From a virus (lineage: Duplodnaviria; Heunggongvirae; Uroviricota; Caudoviricetes), in IMG/VR virus record IMGVR_UViG_2541047706_000009: a stretch of DNA of 38,923 nucleotides. One strand, written 5' to 3'. Below are positions 35,708 through 38,923 of this stretch, piece after piece. Numbering within the stretch: the stretch's first letter is position 1; the number at the start of each line of letters is the position of its first letter. The notes beneath the pieces are model-generated. The model was not told where the DNA came from. It worked only from the letters and a program-made list of their open reading frames with translations, and made no database searches. Position numbers and translations under genes: made by a program.

Positions 35708-35956
35708 ATGAAAGGTGCATTAGGTAAGAAGGAACTCCTGGCGGTGGTGCCACTGTCATGGAGCACTATCGACCGTATGGAGCGCGCAGGTGAATTTCCT
35801 AAACGCTGGTATATCACTGACAAACGCTGCGCATGGAACCGTGACGAAGTTGAGCGTTGGCTTGATGAACGTCAGGCAGCAAGCCCGGCAGAGTTCCAGG
35901 GTAAAAAGCCTCCTGTTCAGCAACGTGTATATCGTCCTGTGAGCAACGCTGCATGA
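35708..35956 (+). CDS. AlpA/Xis-family DNA-binding protein (candidate excisionase)
   Basis: 82 aa; ..LSWSTIDRMERAGEFPKRWYITDKRCAWNRDEVERWL.. fits the AlpA/Vis-type HTH pattern; lies about 1.7 kb from the P4-type integrase. Confidence 0.55.
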   Translation: MKGALGKKELLAVVPLSWSTIDRMERAGEFPKRWYITDKRCAWNRDEVERWLDERQAASPAEFQGKKPPVQQRVYRPVSNAA

Positions 35957-36113
35957 GTGCGCTGCTAAGGCACTGGAGCAAATGGTCAGGATGGTACTTA
36001 TTCCTGGCCTCTGTTTCAGCATGGCTTTATCTGCTGGCATTAATTTTCAGAGAGGGTTGGATTAAGTGAGAAAGTTAAGCCGACTTGAAAAATATCACAT
36101 GAACAAGGTTTCA

Positions 36114-36365
36114 ATGCGCAGCCCTTCAAAGATTGTCGCCGTTACTCCTGCGGCGATAGAGATCGAAAAACGCGCGATTGAAAGAGAGAAAAAAGGGCAA
36201 TTCCGCATTGCCGCTCACCTTTGGCTTCAGTGTATGGATGTTGCTTCTGGTGATGTTGAACGTGCAAGGATCGCGGTTCGCAGGGACCAATGTATCACAA
36301 AAGGTAACGGCCTTCGCCGTGGCGACTATAGCGGCATAGGATGTTGTGGGGTGGTTTATGACTAA
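36114..36365 (+). CDS. PerC-family-like small regulator
   Basis: About 83 aa from ATG 36114 with AAGG RBS (upstream starts at 36066/36099 possible); ..FRIAAHLWLQCMDVASGDVERARIAVRRDQC.. resembles the PerC pattern. Confidence 0.4.
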   Translation: MRSPSKIVAVTPAAIEIEKRAIEREKKGQFRIAAHLWLQCMDVASGDVERARIAVRRDQCITKGNGLRRGDYSGIGCCGVVYD

Positions 36366-37008
36366 GAAATACACACTAATCTATGCAGATCCACCCTGGG
36401 TATACCGGGACAAAGCCGCAGATGGTAATCGCGGTGCCAGTTTTAAATATCCGGTTATGAGTGTGATGGATATCTGCCGCCTTCCTGTGTGGGATTTGGC
36501 CGATGAAAACTGTCTGTTGGCCATGTGGTGGGTGCCAACACAACCACTCGAAGCGCTAAAAGTTGTTGAAGCCTGGGGATTCCGTCTGATGACCATGAAG
36601 GGCTTCACGTGGATAAAATGTGGTAGTCGACAACCAGATAAACTGGTTATGGGTATGGGGCACATGACTCGCGCCAATAGTGAAGATTGCCTGTTTGCGG
36701 TAAAGGGAAAACTACCTACGCGCATTAATGCAGGGATCGTTCAGTCATTTACCGCACCGCGGCTTGAGCATTCAAGAAAACCAGATATCGTTCGTGAAAA
36801 ACTTGTGCAATTGTTAGGCGATGTTTCTCGCATTGAACTGTTCGCCCGCCAGACGTCTCATGGCTTCGATGTTTGGGGTAATCAGTGCGAAGACCCGGCA
36901 GTGCAACTACACCCTGGATACGCGTTGGATATTGGCGGATTAACAAATGCATTCAGCAATGCTCCGGTGTCACCAATAGACAACCAGGGGCGGGAGCGTG
37001 CAGCATGA
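36358..37008 (+). CDS. MT-A70-like DNA N6-adenine methyltransferase
   Basis: 216 aa from ATG 36358; catalytic DPPW in YADPPWVY near the N-terminus, typical of MT-A70 enzymes. Confidence 0.65.
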   Translation: MTKKYTLIYADPPWVYRDKAADGNRGASFKYPVMSVMDICRLPVWDLADENCLLAMWWVPTQPLEALKVVEAWGFRLMTMKGFTWIKCGSRQPDKLVMGMGHMTRANSEDCLFAVKGKLPTRINAGIVQSFTAPRLEHSRKPDIVREKLVQLLGDVSRIELFARQTSHGFDVWGNQCEDPAVQLHPGYALDIGGLTNAFSNAPVSPIDNQGRERAA

Positions 37009-37664
37009 ACCTATATCAACGCATCAATGGCGCTGACTGGTGCAATATCTTCGTCGTCGGCGATCTGCATGGGTGCTACACGCTGCTGATGAACGAACTC
37101 GACAAAGTTTCATTCGACCCGGCGCGCGATTTACTTATTTCCGTTGGTGACCTTGTTGACCGCGGCGCTGAAAACGTCGAATGCCTGGATTTGATTACTA
37201 TGCCGTGGTTCCGAGCTGTTCGTGGCAACCATGAGCAGATGATGCTGGATGCACTGGTCAACGGCGGAAGTTTCGGACATTGGATGTCAAACGGCGGTGG
37301 ATGGTGGCACCAACTTGATTCTGAGCAGGATGTGCAACTCAAATACCTTCTGCCAAAGATTACCAACCTCCCGATGATTATCGAACTGGTTACCGGCAAT
37401 AAGAAGGTCGTCATCTGTCACGCAGACTACCCGCACAACGAATACGCATTCGATAAGCCAGTACCAGAAGAAATGGTGATATGGAATCGTGAACGGGTTA
37501 GCGACGCGCAGGACGGTATTGTCTCGGAGATAACCGGTGCCGATTTGTTCATCTTCGGTCATACGCCAGCACATCACCCACTGGTGTATGCAAACCAGAT
37601 GTACATCGACACCGGCGCAGTGTTCTGCGGAAATCTGACGCTTACCAAAGTCCAGGAAGGATAG
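37005..37664 (+). CDS. Ser/Thr protein phosphatase (lambda-phosphatase-like)
   Basis: 219 aa from ATG 37005; GDLHG, GDLVDRG and GNHE motifs of the PPP metallophosphatase family; start overlaps the methyltransferase stop (ATGA). Confidence 0.75.
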   Translation: MNLYQRINGADWCNIFVVGDLHGCYTLLMNELDKVSFDPARDLLISVGDLVDRGAENVECLDLITMPWFRAVRGNHEQMMLDALVNGGSFGHWMSNGGGWWHQLDSEQDVQLKYLLPKITNLPMIIELVTGNKKVVICHADYPHNEYAFDKPVPEEMVIWNRERVSDAQDGIVSEITGADLFIFGHTPAHHPLVYANQMYIDTGAVFCGNLTLTKVQEG

Positions 37665-37666
37665 AA

Positions 37667-38923
37667 TTATTTATTACTGTCTTCCATCCACTTCTCAAAC
37701 TTCGACGGGGAGAACGGAATCAGATCCGTATGCTCCCCGTTAATCCAGGAATCAATCATATCGGCCCACTGCTGCAACATGTAGGCGCGCTGTCTGGCGT
37801 ATTCCGCTTTGTTATATACGGCGCGCACACCTTTCTGCTCATGTGCCAGAGCCTTTTCAATCCAGTCTGAAGGATAACCAGCCTCATGCAACAACGTACT
37901 GGCTGTACGGCGCATATCGTGTACGGTGAAGTCCTGAATATTCTCACCATCTTCATTTATTATTTTCACCGTTCTGTCGATCAGAGAGTTCAGCGCGGCA
38001 TTAGATAATGGCTTCCTGAAATTGTAACGACCAGGAACCAGATATTCACTTCCACCAGCGCACATCTGCAACCCGACCAATATATCCTGAGCCTGTTTAG
38101 GCAGGTAAATAACATGCGCCCGGCTTCCCTTCATGCGGTCTGAAGGAATTGTCCATGTCCATTTTTTAAAATCTATTTCATCCCACGTTGCATTGGTGAA
38201 TTCGCCCTTACGAACCATAGTGATAAGCACCAGTTTTAAAGCCATTTTCATAGTGCCCATAGCACCAATGGCATCCAACGTGCGGAAGAACAGGCCAATT
38301 TCTTCTGGTGTCAGTGTTCGCTCTCGTGGTTTAAATATGGCGATAGACGAAGGTTTAATGTCAGCCGCAGGATTAAACAAACCATGACCACGGTCATTGG
38401 CGTGACGGTATACGCTGCTGATGATCTCCCTGGCCTGTACTGCTGTTGCCCGACCACCACGTTCGACAATCCGGTCACACAAATCACGAACCATCGATGT
38501 GGTAATTTCAGCCATCATTTTGTTGCCAAGAACCGGAAGTATGTCACGGTCGATCACCGCCTGCTTCATTGCTCGGGTACTGTCAGCCAGGATGACGTGT
38601 TTCATATAACTGTCGGTATGTACCGCAAACGTCTCGGCACCACGAATCTTTTTGATACCGTCACGTTTAGCCGCAGCCGGCGACTGGCCTGCTTTAAGCA
38701 GCTTCTTTGCAGCAATCAGTTCTTCTCGCGCTTCTGCTAGACTGATACCGTCACGCCCATACTGCCCGATTACCAGTGTTTCGCGGCGACCGTTGATACG
38801 GTAGTCATAGCGAAACGAGACCGTGCCTGACGTAAGCACAGCTACATACAGCCCGTCACGATCGGAGACCTTGTACAGTTTGTCCTGCGGCTTGAGGTTT
38901 TTTAATTTTGTATCGGTAAGCAC
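37667..38923 (-). CDS. P4-type tyrosine integrase (5' end at window edge)
   Basis: 418 aa readable; N-terminal LTDTKLKNLKP..DGLYVAVLTSG..SFRYDYRINGRRETLVIGQYG arm-binding domain and C-terminal catalytic domain (..HDMRRTASTLL..). Reading frame begins with GTG at the last window bases, so the true start may lie just outside. Confidence 0.8.
   Translation of the reverse strand: MLTDTKLKNLKPQDKLYKVSDRDGLYVAVLTSGTVSFRYDYRINGRRETLVIGQYGRDGISLAEAREELIAAKKLLKAGQSPAAAKRDGIKKIRGAETFAVHTDSYMKHVILADSTRAMKQAVIDRDILPVLGNKMMAEITTSMVRDLCDRIVERGGRATAVQAREIISSVYRHANDRGHGLFNPAADIKPSSIAIFKPRERTLTPEEIGLFFRTLDAIGAMGTMKMALKLVLITMVRKGEFTNATWDEIDFKKWTWTIPSDRMKGSRAHVIYLPKQAQDILVGLQMCAGGSEYLVPGRYNFRKPLSNAALNSLIDRTVKIINEDGENIQDFTVHDMRRTASTLLHEAGYPSDWIEKALAHEQKGVRAVYNKAEYARQRAYMLQQWADMIDSWINGEHTDLIPFSPSKFEKWMEDSNK

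Larger units (their letters stand above)
1146..38923. mobile_element. Integrated temperate phage (lambdoid early region + podovirus-type late module), right end cut by window
   Basis: Contiguous lysis, virion, packaging, nin-like, replication, immunity, recombination and integrase modules. Left boundary assumed between the terminator at about 1145 and the spanin stop at 1291; right boundary is beyond the window. Confidence 0.7.

Noticed and set aside
37667-38923. Integrase as a 5'-truncated pseudogene
   Set aside because: The reading frame runs to the last base of the window and the N-terminal arm-binding domain is essentially complete; the apparent truncation is a window-edge effect.

Overview
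The window is almost entirely one integrated temperate phage, running from about 1.15 kb to the right window edge (~37.8 kb), with the integrase cut by the edge. It joins a lambdoid early region on the right (Cro-like gene, tandem-HTH repressor, O-like initiator with iterons, P-like helicase loader, RecE/RecT-like pair, Xis-like gene, P4-type integrase) to a podovirus-type late module on the minus strand (terminase, portal, scaffold, capsid, tubular proteins, internal virion proteins, tailspike), ending in a lysis cassette. The leftmost 1.1 kb carries two exported proteins that may be host or cargo. No canonical defence system (RM pair, CRISPR, toxin-antitoxin) was recognised. The strongest candidates for something new are: (1) a 17-bp palindrome (A/T)TTACC-N5-GGTAA(T/C) at 11 or more intergenic sites across the prophage, including three between the cro-like and repressor genes; (2) a near-consensus LexA box in front of a small gene next to one of those sites, suggesting an SOS-controlled antirepressor for a repressor that has no autocleavage domain; (3) an AT-rich insertion between terminase and portal carrying a tRNA-Arg(UCU), about 300 bp of noncoding sequence and a membrane/coiled-coil protein gene. 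Also notable: an i-spanin with an in-frame stop, a GATC-rich iteron origin, two orphan DNA methyltransferases, and an identical 12-bp palindrome at both ends of the late operon. All function calls come from reading the translated ORFs and motifs by eye; no database search was run.
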